From Gammaproteobacteria bacterium (lineage in GTDB: Bacteria > Pseudomonadota > Gammaproteobacteria > JBCCGL01): 64,000 bases of DNA. Where the stretch lies: the NCBI GenBank assembly GCA_965277715.1, contig OZ255836.1, positions 3,520,001-3,584,000 of the forward strand, written 5' to 3'. This document shows positions 32,324 to 44,706 of this stretch, one piece after another (positions within the stretch are counted from its first letter, which is position 1; each line of letters opens with the position of its first letter). Both the position numbers and the translations under genes were made by a program. The notes under the pieces were generated by a model, which saw only the letters and a list, made by a program, of their open reading frames with translations, was not told the origin of the DNA and searched no databases.

Positions 32324-32944
32324 TTGGCTAGATATATCGGCCCCAAGTGTAAGCTGAGTCGTCGTGAAGGTACTGATTTGTACTTGAAATCGGGGATACG
32401 GCCACTCGAATCTAAATGCAAGCTTGAAAGCCCTCCAGGCGTTCAGGGTGCGAAGCGTGGACGGCCTTCTGATTACGCAATTCAGTTGCGTGAGAAGCAA
32501 AAGCTGCGTCGTTTGTACGGTGTACTGGAAAAACAGTTCAGAAATTATTATAAGAAGGCTGCACAAAGAAAAGGTTCTACCGGTGAAAACCTGTTGAGCT
32601 TATTGGAGTGTCGGCTCGATAATGTTGTTTATCGTATGGGGTTTGGCTCTACGCGTGCTGAAGCCCGTCAATTGATCAGTCATAAATCTATTTTGGTCGA
32701 TGGCAGTATTGTTAATGTGCCCTCTTATCAAATAGCGTCTGATCAGGTGATAGCTGTTCGCGAAAAATCAAAAAAGCAGGCGCGTATTGCTGAGTCCATT
32801 GAGTTGGGGCAGCAACGCGGTGTGCCAGATTGGATGGATGTCGATGTGAAGAAAATGGAGGGGATTTTTAAGTCTGTGCCTGATCGCAGTGATTTGCCAG
32901 CAGAAATCAACGAATCACTGGTTGTGGAACTTTACTCCAAGTAG
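32324..32944 (+). CDS. rpsD: 30S ribosomal protein S4
   Basis: TTG start; [20 protein letters not shown]. Confidence 0.99.
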   Translation: MARYIGPKCKLSRREGTDLYLKSGIRPLESKCKLESPPGVQGAKRGRPSDYAIQLREKQKLRRLYGVLEKQFRNYYKKAAQRKGSTGENLLSLLECRLDNVVYRMGFGSTRAEARQLISHKSILVDGSIVNVPSYQIASDQVIAVREKSKKQARIAESIELGQQRGVPDWMDVDVKKMEGIFKSVPDRSDLPAEINESLVVELYSK

Positions 32945-32959
32945 GGGAGAGAAAACTCG

Positions 32960-33958
32960 ATGTCTGGTGATGTAAACGAATTTTTAAAACCACGGATTGT
33001 TGATGTAAATACCTATAGTTCCAGTCACGCCAAGGTGACTCTGGAGCCTTTAGAGCGTGGCTTTGGGCATACCTTAGGGAATGCGTTGCGGCGAATTTTG
33101 TTGTCCTCTATGCCGGGTGCGGCGATTGTTGAGGCAGAAATTGATGGTGTATTGCATGAATACACTACGGTTGAAGGTGTTCAGGAAGATGTCATGGACA
33201 TTTTATTGAACCTGAAAGGCATTGCACTGGTAATGCATGGTAAAAATGAGGCTAAGCTTGAGTTAAACAAGAAAGGTCCTGGAATTGTTACGGCTGCTGA
33301 TATCACGCTTGACCACGATGTGGAAATTATCAACCCTGATCATGTTATTGCTAATCTGACCAAAAAGGGTGGCGTTAATATGTTGCTCACTGTACGTCAA
33401 GGGCGTGGATATGAGCCATCGACTCAACGTGTACTTGCAGAGGGTGAGACCCGCCCAGTGGGTAGCCTACAGATTGATGCCTCTTTTAGTCCGGTTCGTC
33501 GGGTGGCTTATTCTGTTGAATCGGCGCGTGTTGAGCAGCGTACTGACCTCGATAAATTGATTATCGATATTGAAACGAATGGCACTATTGATCCAGAAGA
33601 AGCGATTCGCAAGTCGGCGTCGATTCTACAGGGGCAATTGTCAGTATTCGTTGATCTCACGGCTGATGAGCAGATGCCACAGGAAGAGCAGACTTCTTAT
33701 ATTGATCCAATTCTGCTTCGCCCGGTCGATGATCTTGAGTTGACAGTACGTTCGGCGAATTGTTTGAAGGCGGAAAATATTTACTATATTGGTGATTTGA
33801 TTCAACGTACGGAGGTTGAATTGCTTAAAACACCGAACCTGGGTAAAAAATCACTCACTGAAATCAAAGATGTCTTGGCGCAACAAGCGCTTTCATTAGG
33901 TATGCGCCTGGAAAACTGGCCACCACCTGAGTTGGTTGGAAGAAAGGTCGGGCTTTGA
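32960..33958 (+). CDS. rpoA: RNA polymerase alpha subunit
   Basis: [29 protein letters not shown]. Confidence 0.99.
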   Translation: MSGDVNEFLKPRIVDVNTYSSSHAKVTLEPLERGFGHTLGNALRRILLSSMPGAAIVEAEIDGVLHEYTTVEGVQEDVMDILLNLKGIALVMHGKNEAKLELNKKGPGIVTAADITLDHDVEIINPDHVIANLTKKGGVNMLLTVRQGRGYEPSTQRVLAEGETRPVGSLQIDASFSPVRRVAYSVESARVEQRTDLDKLIIDIETNGTIDPEEAIRKSASILQGQLSVFVDLTADEQMPQEEQTSYIDPILLRPVDDLELTVRSANCLKAENIYYIGDLIQRTEVELLKTPNLGKKSLTEIKDVLAQQALSLGMRLENWPPPELVGRKVGL

Positions 33959-33997
33959 TCCGAATTGTATTGAACACTATCAAGGTTAATTAATATC

Positions 33998-34381
33998 ATG
34001 CGTCATCGTAATAGTGGCAGACAACTAAACCGTAATAGCAGTCATCGCAGTGCTATGTTTAAAAACATGGCAGTGTCTTTGTTGCAGCACGAAATCATTA
34101 AAACAACGTTGCCTAAAGCCAAAGAGTTGCGTGGTGTTGTTGAGCCATTGATTACTTTGGCTAAGCATGACAGTGTTGCCAATCGTCGGCTTGCATTCGC
34201 GCGTTTGCGTGATAAGGCGATGGTGGGTAAATTGTTTACTGAGCTTGGTCCACATTTTCAAGAACGCCCTGGTGGTTATACGCGTATTCTGAAATGTGGG
34301 TTTCGCCAAGGTGATAAAGCGCCTATGGCGTATATTGAGTTGGTGGATCGTCGTACTGATGAGGAAGAAGACGCTGCTTAG
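33998..34381 (+). CDS. rplQ: 50S ribosomal protein L17
   Basis: [12 protein letters not shown]. Confidence 0.99.
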   Translation: MRHRNSGRQLNRNSSHRSAMFKNMAVSLLQHEIIKTTLPKAKELRGVVEPLITLAKHDSVANRRLAFARLRDKAMVGKLFTELGPHFQERPGGYTRILKCGFRQGDKAPMAYIELVDRRTDEEEDAA

Positions 34382-34399
34382 TTTTTATCCTACTTTTTG

Positions 34400-34428
34400 A
34401 AAAAAGGCCCTATTTAAGGGCCTTTTTT
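34400..34428. terminator. bidirectional intrinsic terminator between rplQ and uvrA
   Basis: AAAAAAGGCCCT-ATTTA-AGGGCCTTTTTT. Confidence 0.85.
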
Positions 34429-34465
34429 ATGTCAATTAATTCAAAGTTGGGGCAGTACATTATGC

Positions 34466-37321
34466 CTAACCTTTTTTGGTACGTGACTTCAGGGGACTGC
34501 TGTTTTTCAATACCCGTTTTAAATAATGCCCTGTATAAGAATCTTTGTTGTTACTAATATCTTCTGGTGTTCCCGTTGCAATGACTTTACCACCACCTGA
34601 CCCACCTTCAGGTCCAAGGTCGATAACCCAATCACTGGTTTTTATCACGTCGAGGTTGTGTTCAATGACCACGACGGTATTGCCGTGGTCACGTAAGCGG
34701 TGCAGTACGCGAAGCAATTGTTCTACATCGTAAAAGTGTAACCCCGTTGTTGGTTCGTCCAGTATGTAGAGTGTCTTTCCCGTATCGCGTTTGGACAGTT
34801 CACGTGATAGTTTTACCCGTTGTGCTTCTCCCCCTGATAAGGTGGTCGCATTCTGCCCCAGGGTAATGTAGGAGAGGCCTACGTCCATTAAGGTTTGCAG
34901 TTTACGGCTGACAACAGGTATGGCTGAAAAGAAATCGAGACCTGCTTCAACGGTCATTTCCAGTACCTGATGAATGTTCTTTCCCTTGTAGTGAATATCC
35001 AGTGTTTCCCGGTTGTAGCGTTTGCCTTTACAGGTGTCACAGGTGACGTATACATCGGGAAGGAAGTGCATTTCGACTTTAATTAAACCATCACCCTGGC
35101 AGGCTTCACAGCGCCCCCCTTTGACATTGAAACTAAAACGCCCCGGCTGGTAACCACGGGAACGTGCTTCTTGTGTGCCAGCGAACAGTTCTCGAATGGG
35201 GGTAAATAAGCCAGTGTAAGTTGCCGGGTTTGAACGCGGTGTCCGGCCTATCGGGCTTTGGTCTATATCAACAACTTTATCGATGTGTTCTATACCTTTA
35301 ATCGATTTAACTTTTGCCGGTGGCTGGTTGGCGTTGTTGAGTTGTTGTGCCACGTAACGGTAAAAAGTATCGTTAATCAATGTCGATTTTCCCGAACCGG
35401 ACACGCCTGTTATGCAGGTTAGCAACCCTATAGGAATATCTGCACTCACGGATCGAAGATTATTGCCCGAAGCACCTTTAATACTGAGAAGGTGCTTTCC
35501 TTTTGGTGTGCGTTTTGTGGGGATGGGAATTTGCCGTTTTCCAGAGAGGTATTTACCTGTCAATGATGTGCGGTTTTTCTGGATTTTATCGGGTGTTCCT
35601 TTGGCAACGATCCGTCCGCCGTGAACACCAGCGCCAGGGCCAATATCTACCACATAGTCGGCGGAGCGGATAGCGTCTTCGTCATGCTCGACAACGATGA
35701 CAGTGTTGCCTAAATCACGCAAATAGGTGAGTGTATTGAGCAGCCGCTCATTGTCGCGTTGGTGCAAACCGATGGATGGTTCGTCGAGCACGTACATAAC
35801 GCCCATCAGTCCTGCCCCGATCTGGCTGGCGAGGCGGATTCGCTGGGCCTCGCCACCGGAGAGGGTTTCAGCACTACGCTCCAATGTCAGGTAATCGAGG
35901 CCGACGTTGACTAAAAATTGCAATCTTTGCAATACTTCTTTGAGTATCTTTGCGCCAATTGCTGCGCGCTGACCTTCCAGTACCAGGGTTTTGAAATAGT
36001 GATGTGCTTCACCGATGGGCAGTGCAGTAATTCTCGGCAAGTTTTTATCACCGATGAATACGTGTCGGGCGTTAATATTGAGCCGTGTACCTGTACAGTC
36101 CGGGCATGCCTGTGTCGATAAGAGTTTGGCGAGTTCTTCACGTACAGCGGTGGATTCGGTATCTCGATAGCGGCGTTCCAGGTTGGGAATGATACCTTCA
36201 AAGGCCTGCACACGGGTGCGGGCATCACCACGGTCATTGAGGTAGCGAAATTCAATTTTTTCTTTGCCGCTGCCCAATAGAACAATGTGCTGTATTTTTT
36301 TATTGAGTGACTGAAAAGGGGCTTCCACATCGAATGCATAATGCGCGCCGAGTGACTGAACCATTTGAAAATAGTAGGCGTTACGTCGATCCCAGCCACG
36401 AATAGCACCACCGGCCAAGCTGAGGGAGGGATTGGAAATCACCCGTTGTGCATCGAAAAACTGCTTGGCGCCAAGGCCATCACACCCACTGCATGCACCG
36501 TGTGGGCTGTTAAATGAAAATAGGCGCGGCTCCAGTTCAGGTAGGGCATAGCCACATTTATTACAGGCAAATTTTGATGAAAAAGTAATTTCTGCGGTAC
36601 TGTCGTCATTCATTGGCGCAGCGATAGCGACACCTTCTGCGAGCTGTAAGGTGGTTTCCAGTGATTCGGCTAAACGCAAACCGAGATCATCGCGAATTTT
36701 GATGCGATCAACTACCACCTCGATAGTGTGTTTCTGTTTTGGGTTAAATTGAATGTCGGTATCCAGTTCGAGTACGTGTCCGTCGATACGTGCACGAATG
36801 AATCCTTGGGCGCGCAACTCGTCGAGCAGTTTTTTATGTTCGCCTTTTCGGTTGCTGACGATAGGGGCGAGCAGCATCCATTTGCTGCCTGTAGGAAGCC
36901 CGAGTAATTGGTCGACCATTTGGCTAATAGTCTGTGCATCCAGTGTAATATCGTGAGTAGGGCAGCGCGGTGTGCCTACGCGGGCAAATAGCAGCCGCAG
37001 GTAGTCATAAATTTCGGTTATCGTGCCAACGGTTGACCGAGGGTTGTGCGAGGTGGATTTTTGTTCGATGGATATCGCGGGAGACAAGCCCTCGATATGG
37101 TCTATATCGGGTTTCTCCATCATCGATAGAAACTGCCGCGCATAGGCGGACAACGATTCGACATAGCGCCGCTGCCCCTCGGCAAAAATGGTATCGAATG
37201 CCAGCGAAGACTTGCCTGATCCAGATAGACCGGTAACGACAATGAGTTTGTCGCGTGGCAGGTCGAGATCTATGTTTTTAAGGTTGTGGGTGCGTGCGCC
37301 GCGTATTCGGATAGTTTCCAT
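34466..37321 (-). CDS. uvrA: excinuclease ABC subunit A
   Basis: Two Walker A motifs (GSGKS), LSGGEAQR x2, zinc fingers; 951 aa. Confidence 0.99.
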   Translation of the reverse strand: METIRIRGARTHNLKNIDLDLPRDKLIVVTGLSGSGKSSLAFDTIFAEGQRRYVESLSAYARQFLSMMEKPDIDHIEGLSPAISIEQKSTSHNPRSTVGTITEIYDYLRLLFARVGTPRCPTHDITLDAQTISQMVDQLLGLPTGSKWMLLAPIVSNRKGEHKKLLDELRAQGFIRARIDGHVLELDTDIQFNPKQKHTIEVVVDRIKIRDDLGLRLAESLETTLQLAEGVAIAAPMNDDSTAEITFSSKFACNKCGYALPELEPRLFSFNSPHGACSGCDGLGAKQFFDAQRVISNPSLSLAGGAIRGWDRRNAYYFQMVQSLGAHYAFDVEAPFQSLNKKIQHIVLLGSGKEKIEFRYLNDRGDARTRVQAFEGIIPNLERRYRDTESTAVREELAKLLSTQACPDCTGTRLNINARHVFIGDKNLPRITALPIGEAHHYFKTLVLEGQRAAIGAKILKEVLQRLQFLVNVGLDYLTLERSAETLSGGEAQRIRLASQIGAGLMGVMYVLDEPSIGLHQRDNERLLNTLTYLRDLGNTVIVVEHDEDAIRSADYVVDIGPGAGVHGGRIVAKGTPDKIQKNRTSLTGKYLSGKRQIPIPTKRTPKGKHLLSIKGASGNNLRSVSADIPIGLLTCITGVSGSGKSTLINDTFYRYVAQQLNNANQPPAKVKSIKGIEHIDKVVDIDQSPIGRTPRSNPATYTGLFTPIRELFAGTQEARSRGYQPGRFSFNVKGGRCEACQGDGLIKVEMHFLPDVYVTCDTCKGKRYNRETLDIHYKGKNIHQVLEMTVEAGLDFFSAIPVVSRKLQTLMDVGLSYITLGQNATTLSGGEAQRVKLSRELSKRDTGKTLYILDEPTTGLHFYDVEQLLRVLHRLRDHGNTVVVIEHNLDVIKTSDWVIDLGPEGGSGGGKVIATGTPEDISNNKDSYTGHYLKRVLKNSSPLKSRTKKG

Positions 37322-37432
37322 ATAACTCGCTGGGTGTTAGTCAATTATGTGTTTCATTTTGCCGAGGCGAAACTGTTAATATACGCCGATTGGCAGGTAC
37401 TCGCCCGCTTATTTTACCCGTGTTTTTATGGG

Positions 37433-37448
37433 CTGTTTTTTTGAACAG
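37433..37448. promoter_or_regulatory. putative LexA (SOS) box between uvrA and ssb
   Basis: CTGT-TTTTTTGA-ACAG in the divergent uvrA/ssb intergenic region. Confidence 0.6.
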
Positions 37449-37556
37449 ATAGGCTGCAAGTAGCCAGTGGTATTTGTATAATGTGCTGTTTGGCGCGGTG
37501 TGGAATTGTGGGTGAGGCTTGGGGTTCTATAGGCGCAACAATATGAGGGTAAGTAT

Positions 37557-38021
37557 ATGGCACGCGGTGTTAACAAAGCGATTTTGATTGGTAATCTGGG
37601 CGCCGACCCGGAAATGCGGTATATGCCCAGCGGCGGTGCTGTCGCTAATGTTAGTCTGGCTACCGCTGAGTCGTGGAAAGATAAGAATACAGGTGTGCAG
37701 CAGGATCGTACCGAATGGCACCGTGTTGTATTTTTTAACCGGCTTGCGGAGATAGTGGGGGAGTATTTGAAAAAAGGTTCACAAGTCTACGTCGAGGGGC
37801 GTATCCAAACCCGTAAATGGCAGGATAAGCAGGGAATAGACCGCTACAGCACCGAAATCGTCGCAAGCGATATGCAAATGCTCAGTAGTCGTGGTAGTGA
37901 GGGCGGCAGCTCTGCCGGTTTTGGTGGTGGTTATTCACAGCCACCGCAGCAGCAACCCTCACAGAGCGTGCCTGCTAACCGGTCGCCAGAGCCTGAGTTT
38001 GACGACGATGTGCCGTTTTAA
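37557..38021 (+). CDS. ssb: single-stranded DNA-binding protein
   Basis: [20 protein letters not shown]-terminal DDDVPF. Confidence 0.98.
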   Translation: MARGVNKAILIGNLGADPEMRYMPSGGAVANVSLATAESWKDKNTGVQQDRTEWHRVVFFNRLAEIVGEYLKKGSQVYVEGRIQTRKWQDKQGIDRYSTEIVASDMQMLSSRGSEGGSSAGFGGGYSQPPQQQPSQSVPANRSPEPEFDDDVPF

Positions 38022-38074
38022 TTAAATCACCAAAAATACCAACTACCTATCGCTTTTGAGGAGCGCGGAGCACT

Positions 38075-39241
38075 ATGAGCAACGATTTTATTTTTACGTC
38101 TGAGTCTGTGTCTGAAGGTCACCCGGATAAAATGGCCGATCAAATCTCAGATGCCGTGCTGGATGCTATTCTGGAACAGGATAAGCGTGCACGGGTTGCT
38201 TGTGAAACCCTGGTCAAGACCGGTTTGGTGATGATTGCCGGTGAAGTGACCACCTCTGCCTGGGTCGATTTGGAAGCAGTGGTGCGGGAGAAGGTATTGG
38301 ATATTGGTTATAACGGCTCGGACGTCGGTTTTGATGGGGCTACCTGTGCCGTGGTGAATGGCCTTGGTAAACAGTCGCAGGATATAGCAATGGGCGTTGA
38401 CCGTGAACGCGATGAAGAGCAGGGTGCAGGTGACCAGGGTTTGATGTTTGGTTATGCTTCAAACGAAACTGACGTATTGATGCCTGCGCCGATTACCTAC
38501 GCGCATCGACTGGTTGAGCAGCAGTCGAAGGTGCGTAAGCGTGGTGAGTTGAAATGGTTGCGCCCGGATGCAAAAAGCCAGATAACATTGCGCTATAGCA
38601 ACGGTAAACCCGTGGGGATGGAAGCGGTGGTGCTGTCGACACAGCACGATCCCGATATATCACTGGCCAACCTGCAGGAAGCGGTGATGGAACATATCAT
38701 CAAACCAATATTACCCAGCGAATGGATTGCTGGTTGCCCAGGTGAAAATATCCATATTAACCCAACGGGCAATTTTGTTATTGGTGGGCCAGTGGGTGAC
38801 TGCGGTTTAACCGGGCGCAAGATTATCGTCGACACCTATGGGGGGATGGCACGCCACGGTGGCGGTGCGTTTTCTGGGAAAGATCCGTCAAAGGTTGATC
38901 GCTCGGCCGCTTATGCGGGGCGCTATGTGGCGAAAAATATCGTTGCTGCAGGGCTGGCAGACCGGTGCGAGATTCAAATCTCTTACGCAATTGGTGTGGC
39001 CAAACCGACATCGATTAGTATCGAAACGTTTGGTACCGGTAAGATTGATGATCGAAAGATTGAAGCCTTGGTTGCTGGGCATTTTGATTTGCGCCCTTAC
39101 GGTATTCTGAAAATGCTCGATTTGATTCGCCCCATTTATGCGGCAACGGCCCGCTATGGCCATTTTGGTCGCGAAGATGACGCATTTACGTGGGAGCGGA
39201 TCGATAAATCTGACGTCCTGCGCAATGCTGCTGGACTATAA
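38075..39241 (+). CDS. metK: S-adenosylmethionine synthetase
   Basis: [28 protein letters not shown]. Confidence 0.99.
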   Translation: MSNDFIFTSESVSEGHPDKMADQISDAVLDAILEQDKRARVACETLVKTGLVMIAGEVTTSAWVDLEAVVREKVLDIGYNGSDVGFDGATCAVVNGLGKQSQDIAMGVDRERDEEQGAGDQGLMFGYASNETDVLMPAPITYAHRLVEQQSKVRKRGELKWLRPDAKSQITLRYSNGKPVGMEAVVLSTQHDPDISLANLQEAVMEHIIKPILPSEWIAGCPGENIHINPTGNFVIGGPVGDCGLTGRKIIVDTYGGMARHGGGAFSGKDPSKVDRSAAYAGRYVAKNIVAAGLADRCEIQISYAIGVAKPTSISIETFGTGKIDDRKIEALVAGHFDLRPYGILKMLDLIRPIYAATARYGHFGREDDAFTWERIDKSDVLRNAAGL

Positions 39242-39285
39242 TTCACGCTTCACCGGGTTTAATTTCACCGGGTGAATAATGCTTT

Positions 39286-39380
39286 ACCTGCCGAGGGGCG
39301 TTGCGACAGAGAGGGTTGTATTTTTATTAACCTAGCTCTGCCAGGCTCGGTGTGGTCAAGTTTCTGTAAACGACGCTCGC
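39286..39380 (+). ncRNA. SAH riboswitch
   Basis: CCGAGGGGCGTTGCGAC...GCCAGGCTCGG...AACGACGCTC, the typical SAH riboswitch elements, directly upstream of ahcY. Confidence 0.88.
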
Positions 39381-39398
39381 TGATGACGGAGGTGCACA

Positions 39399-40715
39399 AT
39401 GAGTGCAGCTGTACAACAAATCAGCGACTTCACCGATTACAAAGTCGCCGATATGTCTCTGGCCGAATGGGGCCATAAAGAAGTATCTATTGCCGAAACT
39501 GAAATGCCGGGTCTGATGGCTTTGCGTGAGGAGTACGGGGGTCAGCAACCACTGAAAGGTGCCCGAATTGCCGGTTGTCTGCATATGACTATTCAGACTG
39601 CCGTATTGATTGAGACGTTGATTGATCTTGGTGCGGAGATTCGCTGGTCATCGTGCAATATCTTTTCCACACAGGATCATGCAGCGGCGGCGATAGCCGA
39701 CAACGGTACACCGGTGTTTGCCTGGAAGGGCGAAACCGAAGAGGAGTTTGATTGGTGTATTGAGCAGACCATCCTTGGTCCCAATGGCTGGCGTCCAAAT
39801 TTAATTCTCGATGATGGGGGCGACCTCACGCTGATGATGCACGAGAAGTTTCCTGAATTGCTGGAGGGTGTTAATGGCCTTTCTGAAGAGACTACTACAG
39901 GGGTGCACCGGCTTTACGAGATGATGAAAGCGGGTACGCTGAAAGTGCCTGCTATCAATGTTAACGATTCAGTTACCAAATCAAAATTTGATAATCTTTA
40001 CGGTTGCCGTGAGTCATTACTCGACGGCATCAAACGGGCGACCGATGTAATGGTCGCTGGCAAGATTGCTATTGTGCTCGGCTATGGTGATGTTGGTAAA
40101 GGGTGTGCTCAGGCGTTTCGTGGTATGGGTGCTACTGTCTGGGTTACTGAAATCGACCCAATTTGTGCCCTGCAGGCATCGATGGAAGGTTACCGCGTAG
40201 TGAGAATGGACGATGTTGCCTCACAGGGTGATATTTTTGTGACCACGACGGGTAATATTGACGTGATTACTCATGCGCATATGGTGCAAATGAAAAATGA
40301 ATCGATCGTTTGTAATATTGGTCATTTCGATTCTGAAATTGCTGTTGCCAGCCTCAGGCAATATACGTGGGAAAATATCAAACCGCAGGTGGATCACATT
40401 GTATTTCCCGATGGCAAGCGCATTATTCTACTCGCTGAAGGCCGCCTGGTGAATCTCGGTTGTGCCACAGGTCACCCCAGTTTTGTGATGTCGGCATCGT
40501 TTACCAACCAGGTACTGGCCCAGATAGAGCTTTGGCAGCGCCCGGAACAGTATGCGGTGGATGTTCACGTCTTGCCAAAGTCGCTCGATGAAAAAGTGGC
40601 GCGTTTGCACCTTGGCAAAATTGGTGCAAATCTGACTGTGCTGACACAGGAACAAGCTGATTATATTGATATATCGGCCAATGGACCGTTTAAAGCGGAT
40701 CATTATCGTTACTGA
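39399..40715 (+). CDS. ahcY: adenosylhomocysteinase
   Basis: [30 protein letters not shown]-terminal HYRY. Confidence 0.98.
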   Translation: MSAAVQQISDFTDYKVADMSLAEWGHKEVSIAETEMPGLMALREEYGGQQPLKGARIAGCLHMTIQTAVLIETLIDLGAEIRWSSCNIFSTQDHAAAAIADNGTPVFAWKGETEEEFDWCIEQTILGPNGWRPNLILDDGGDLTLMMHEKFPELLEGVNGLSEETTTGVHRLYEMMKAGTLKVPAINVNDSVTKSKFDNLYGCRESLLDGIKRATDVMVAGKIAIVLGYGDVGKGCAQAFRGMGATVWVTEIDPICALQASMEGYRVVRMDDVASQGDIFVTTTGNIDVITHAHMVQMKNESIVCNIGHFDSEIAVASLRQYTWENIKPQVDHIVFPDGKRIILLAEGRLVNLGCATGHPSFVMSASFTNQVLAQIELWQRPEQYAVDVHVLPKSLDEKVARLHLGKIGANLTVLTQEQADYIDISANGPFKADHYRY

Positions 40716-40725
40716 TGATGCCTGT

Positions 40726-40755
40726 GGGGCGCACTGTGCAATGCAGTGCGCCTTT
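40726..40755 (+). terminator. intrinsic terminator-like hairpin after ahcY
   Basis: GGCGCACTGT-GCAAT-GCAGTGCGCC followed by TTT. Confidence 0.6.
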
Positions 40756-40934
40756 AAATAGGTGCATGTGAATAAATCTCAACAGTCAGTTTAATTTGCT
40801 ATAAACACTTAATGCACTGAAGATAAAACACATTTCCCCCTTTTTGTTTTATTTTGTTTATGTGTATATTTTCAAGTGATTTTCGGCAAAAAAAAATGTA
40901 TGGTTACCCGCCCTTCGCTGATCGCCCTGAGTAG

Positions 40935-42308
40935 ATGGCACGCAAAGTCTATATAAAAACGCATGGATGTCAGATGAATGAGTATGATTCGGCAAAAATG
41001 CTGGATGTGCTCAGTGACGAGTGTGCAGTTGAACCGACTCAAGATCCTGAGCAGGCCGATATTCTGCTATTAAACACCTGCTCTATCCGTGAAAAAGCGC
41101 AGGAGAAGGTTTTCTCTGAGTTGGGTCGTTGGCAAAAACTCAAAGCGGCCAGGCCAGATTTGGTCATCGGCGTTGCAGGTTGTGTTGCCAGTCAGGAAGG
41201 CGAGGCGATTCAACGGCGTGCGCCGCAGGTTGATATTGTCTTTGGCCCGCAGACGCTGCATCGGTTGCCCACTATGCTGAAAACAGTTGATCAGCAAAGG
41301 GTGCCGGTAGTGGATATCTCTTTTCCAGAGATTGAAAAATTTGATAACCTGCCGACCCCACGTGCTGATGGCCCATCTGCCTTCGTTTCTATTATGGAAG
41401 GCTGCAGTAAATACTGTACGTTTTGTGTTGTTCCCTATACGCGTGGCGAAGAGGTCAGCCGCCCTTTTGATGATGTGATTGCCGAGTGCGTCTCGCTGGC
41501 TGAGCAAGGCGTGCGTGAAGTCAATTTGCTGGGGCAGAATGTCAATGCCTATCGTGGCGCAATGCACGATGGGGAAATTGCTGACCTGGCGTTATTAATT
41601 CGTTACGTGGCGGCTATTGAAGGCATTGAGCGCATTCGTTACACCACGTCACACCCGGTTGAATTCAGTGAAAGCCTGATTGATGTTTATGCTGATGTGC
41701 CGGAACTAGTTAGTTTTTTACACCTGCCTGTGCAGAGTGGTTCGGATCGCATTTTGGCGGCGATGAAACGTGGGCATACCGCTATAGAGTATAAATCCAA
41801 GATTCGTCGTTTGCGTAAGGTGCGCCCTGAGATTACCCTGTCCTCTGATTTTATTGTGGGTTTTCCCGGTGAAACCTTACGTGATTTTGACGATACCATG
41901 CAGCTTATTCGAACAGTTGGTTTCGATCACTCATACAGTTTTATTTACAGTGCGCGGCCAGGTACGCCGGCGGCCTCATTTAATGATGATACTGATATTG
42001 CGACAAAAAAATCACGGCTCGCGGAATTGCAGGCACTGATTGTGGAGCAAGCGGCTGCCATCAGCCAGGCAATGGTTGGCAGTGTGCAACGCATCCTCGT
42101 TGAAAGGCCAGCGCGGCGTGGTGAAGCTGAATTCGCAGGTCGAACCGAGAATAATCGTGTGGTTAACTTTAAGGGTGATGAATCGATGGTTGGATGCTTT
42201 GTCGATGTCATGATTACTGCTGCCATGCCCAATTCTTTGCGCGGTGAATTTATCGCAATTAGTGACCGGAATATGGTTTCCACACAGTGTGTTGGTATTA
42301 CTGCATGA
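40935..42308 (+). CDS. miaB: tRNA-2-methylthio-N6-dimethylallyladenosine synthase
   Basis: [17 protein letters not shown] radical-SAM motif, TRAM domain. Confidence 0.97.
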   Translation: MARKVYIKTHGCQMNEYDSAKMLDVLSDECAVEPTQDPEQADILLLNTCSIREKAQEKVFSELGRWQKLKAARPDLVIGVAGCVASQEGEAIQRRAPQVDIVFGPQTLHRLPTMLKTVDQQRVPVVDISFPEIEKFDNLPTPRADGPSAFVSIMEGCSKYCTFCVVPYTRGEEVSRPFDDVIAECVSLAEQGVREVNLLGQNVNAYRGAMHDGEIADLALLIRYVAAIEGIERIRYTTSHPVEFSESLIDVYADVPELVSFLHLPVQSGSDRILAAMKRGHTAIEYKSKIRRLRKVRPEITLSSDFIVGFPGETLRDFDDTMQLIRTVGFDHSYSFIYSARPGTPAASFNDDTDIATKKSRLAELQALIVEQAAAISQAMVGSVQRILVERPARRGEAEFAGRTENNRVVNFKGDESMVGCFVDVMITAAMPNSLRGEFIAISDRNMVSTQCVGITA

Positions 42309-43333
42309 TGCCGGGCAACCCACCTCGCCGGGATGGCGACATCTTTGAAAATGAATTTAGTTTACAACCTCTGGATAACCAGCGGTTGGCCAATTTGTGT
42401 GGGCAGCTTGATGAGCATTTGAAGCAGATAGAGTCGCGTTTAAGGGTGGAGGTGCAGCACCGTGGCGGGAAGTTTCGGGTGCTGGGTGACGAGCATGCGG
42501 TATGTGCTGCAAGCAATGTACTGCATGCACTTTACCGCACAACACAAGATGAACCACTATCACCTGAACAGGTACACTTGTTTTTGCAGGATGCAGGTAT
42601 TGAGGGTCTGATGGCTGAACCTGTGACAAGTGATGCCGCTGAGCGTGTCGATATTGTGTTGAAGCGCCAACGTATTATGTGTCGTGGCTTACACCAGATA
42701 AACTATGTGAAGAGCATTCGAAACCGTGACCTGACGTTTGGTATAGGTCCTGCAGGAACAGGGAAAACCTATTTGGCGGTGGCCTGTGCTGTCGAGGCAC
42801 TTGAAGCGGAGTCTGTGCGGCGTCTGGTATTGGTACGCCCGGCAGTCGAGGCGGGTGAGCGGCTGGGTTTTTTACCGGGTGATCTGGCGCAAAAGGTCGA
42901 TCCCTATTTACGCCCAATTTACGATGCGCTCTATGAGTTTATTGGCTTTGAGCGCGTGGCTAAATTGATTGAGCGCAATGTGATTGAAGTTGCACCGCTG
43001 GCGTATATGCGCGGGCGTACCTTGAACCACTCGGCGGTGATTATGGATGAAGCACAAAATACCACCGTTGAACAAATGAAAATGTTTTTGACCCGCATTG
43101 GTTTCGGTTCTCATGCGATTGTCACCGGCGATATTACACAGATTGATTTACCCCGGCACACGCTGTCTGGTTTGATTCATGTCAGCAAAGTGCTGAAGGG
43201 GGTTGACGATATTGGCTTTGCCCACTTTGATGCACGCGATGTGGTGCGCCACCCCCTGGTACAACGTATTGTCAGTGCTTATCAGGCGGCAGAGCGAAAA
43301 GACCAGCGTAAATCGGTTGCATCAAAAAACTAA
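42305..43333 (+). CDS. ybeZ: PhoH-family ATPase
   Basis: [26 protein letters not shown]; synteny. Confidence 0.95.
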   Translation: MMPGNPPRRDGDIFENEFSLQPLDNQRLANLCGQLDEHLKQIESRLRVEVQHRGGKFRVLGDEHAVCAASNVLHALYRTTQDEPLSPEQVHLFLQDAGIEGLMAEPVTSDAAERVDIVLKRQRIMCRGLHQINYVKSIRNRDLTFGIGPAGTGKTYLAVACAVEALEAESVRRLVLVRPAVEAGERLGFLPGDLAQKVDPYLRPIYDALYEFIGFERVAKLIERNVIEVAPLAYMRGRTLNHSAVIMDEAQNTTVEQMKMFLTRIGFGSHAIVTGDITQIDLPRHTLSGLIHVSKVLKGVDDIGFAHFDARDVVRHPLVQRIVSAYQAAERKDQRKSVASKN

Positions 43334-43798
43334 ATGGTAGCGGTAGAAGTGCAATTTGCCGTCGATAGTGCGGCGTTACCGGATGCAGGGCAAATCTGTA
43401 CATGGGCCAGCGCGGCACTCGATAAGCAATTGAGCGGCGAGCTGACCATCAGAGTTGTTGATGTTGATGAATCCAGACAACTCAATGCGACTTATCGGCA
43501 TATCGATAAAGCGACCAATGTACTGTCATTTCCTGCAGATTGGGAACAGGAAAATGGCCTAAAATACTATGGTGATATTGCAATTTGTGCTGAAATTGTA
43601 TGCGAAGAAGCGGCGTGCCAATGTAAACCACTGCACGCACATTGGGCGCATATGGTCATTCATGGTGTGTTGCATTTGCTTGGTTATGATCATTTGCGCA
43701 AACACGATGCCGTACAGATGGAGACACGAGAAACAATGTTATTAGCACTATTTGATTTCTGTAATCCCTATCAACAAGCACAGCAGATAAGCAGGTAA
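43334..43798 (+). CDS. ybeY: rRNA maturation RNase YbeY
   Basis: HMVIHGVLHLLGYDH. Confidence 0.96.
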   Translation: MVAVEVQFAVDSAALPDAGQICTWASAALDKQLSGELTIRVVDVDESRQLNATYRHIDKATNVLSFPADWEQENGLKYYGDIAICAEIVCEEAACQCKPLHAHWAHMVIHGVLHLLGYDHLRKHDAVQMETRETMLLALFDFCNPYQQAQQISR

Positions 43799-43807
43799 TT
43801 GACAAGA

Positions 43808-44668
43808 ATGAGTGACGAACCCGGAGAGAGTAGCCAGCGATCTTTAATGGATCGCATTGTTCAAGCGTTGGGTGGTGAACCCCGTGACAGGGATGAGCTG
43901 CTGGGTATATTACGCGATGCCAGTCGGCGTGATTTAGTTGATAGTGATGCACTTTCGATGCTTGAAGGTGTTTTTCAGGTCGCTGATATGAAAGTGCGGG
44001 ACATTATGATTCCACGTGCACAGATGGTAGTGGTGGAAGTCGATGATACGATTGAAGAGACACTCACTACGATCATTGAATCCGGTCACTCACGTTTCCC
44101 TGTTATTGGTGAAAGCAAAGATGAAGTGGTCGGTGTTTTATTGGCCAAGGACTTATTGCGGTTCTCCACGGCAGGCAGTAGTGAAATTCCTGATGTTAAC
44201 GAACTGGTGCGTTCAGCGGTATTTACTCCTGAAAGTAAGCGCCTCAATGTGTTATTGAAAGAGTTTCGTGCTAACCGTAACCACATGGCGATTGTGGTGG
44301 ATGAATATGGTGGTGTTGCAGGCCTGGTGACTATTGAAGATGTATTGGAACAGATCGTTGGTGAGATAGATGATGAGCACGACACAGAGGAAGATGCCAA
44401 TATCCGCCGCAATGGCGATGGTATATACACAGTGCGGGCACTAACTCCCATAGAGGAGTTCAACGACTTTTTCAAAGTGTCTTTCAGTGATGAAGAGTAC
44501 GATACGATTGGTGGCTTGGTGATGCACCAGGCGGGTCATATGCCCAGACCCGGCGAGCGTATCACTGTCGATGGGCGGGAATTTAAGGTACTGTCCGGTG
44601 ATTCCCGCCGCATTCATTTTTTACAGGTTTCCGATGCTATCACTCCAGTGACAAGCTTGGCGAGTTAG
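43808..44668 (+). CDS. corC: CBS-domain Mg/Co transport-associated protein
   Basis: HSRFPV, VVDEYGG, EIDDEHD; synteny. Confidence 0.93.
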   Translation: MSDEPGESSQRSLMDRIVQALGGEPRDRDELLGILRDASRRDLVDSDALSMLEGVFQVADMKVRDIMIPRAQMVVVEVDDTIEETLTTIIESGHSRFPVIGESKDEVVGVLLAKDLLRFSTAGSSEIPDVNELVRSAVFTPESKRLNVLLKEFRANRNHMAIVVDEYGGVAGLVTIEDVLEQIVGEIDDEHDTEEDANIRRNGDGIYTVRALTPIEEFNDFFKVSFSDEEYDTIGGLVMHQAGHMPRPGERITVDGREFKVLSGDSRRIHFLQVSDAITPVTSLAS

Positions 44669-44706
44669 TGTGTGGTCATCAGCTTCGCGTAGGCATTATA
44701 TGAGCA

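Noticed and set aside
16229-34309. Many antisense and alternate-frame ORFs over the ribosomal operons
   Set aside because: Shadow ORFs of conserved genes with no recognisable motifs.
34466-37321. Intein or insertion in UvrA
   Set aside because: Length and motif order are ordinary; no splicing motifs seen.
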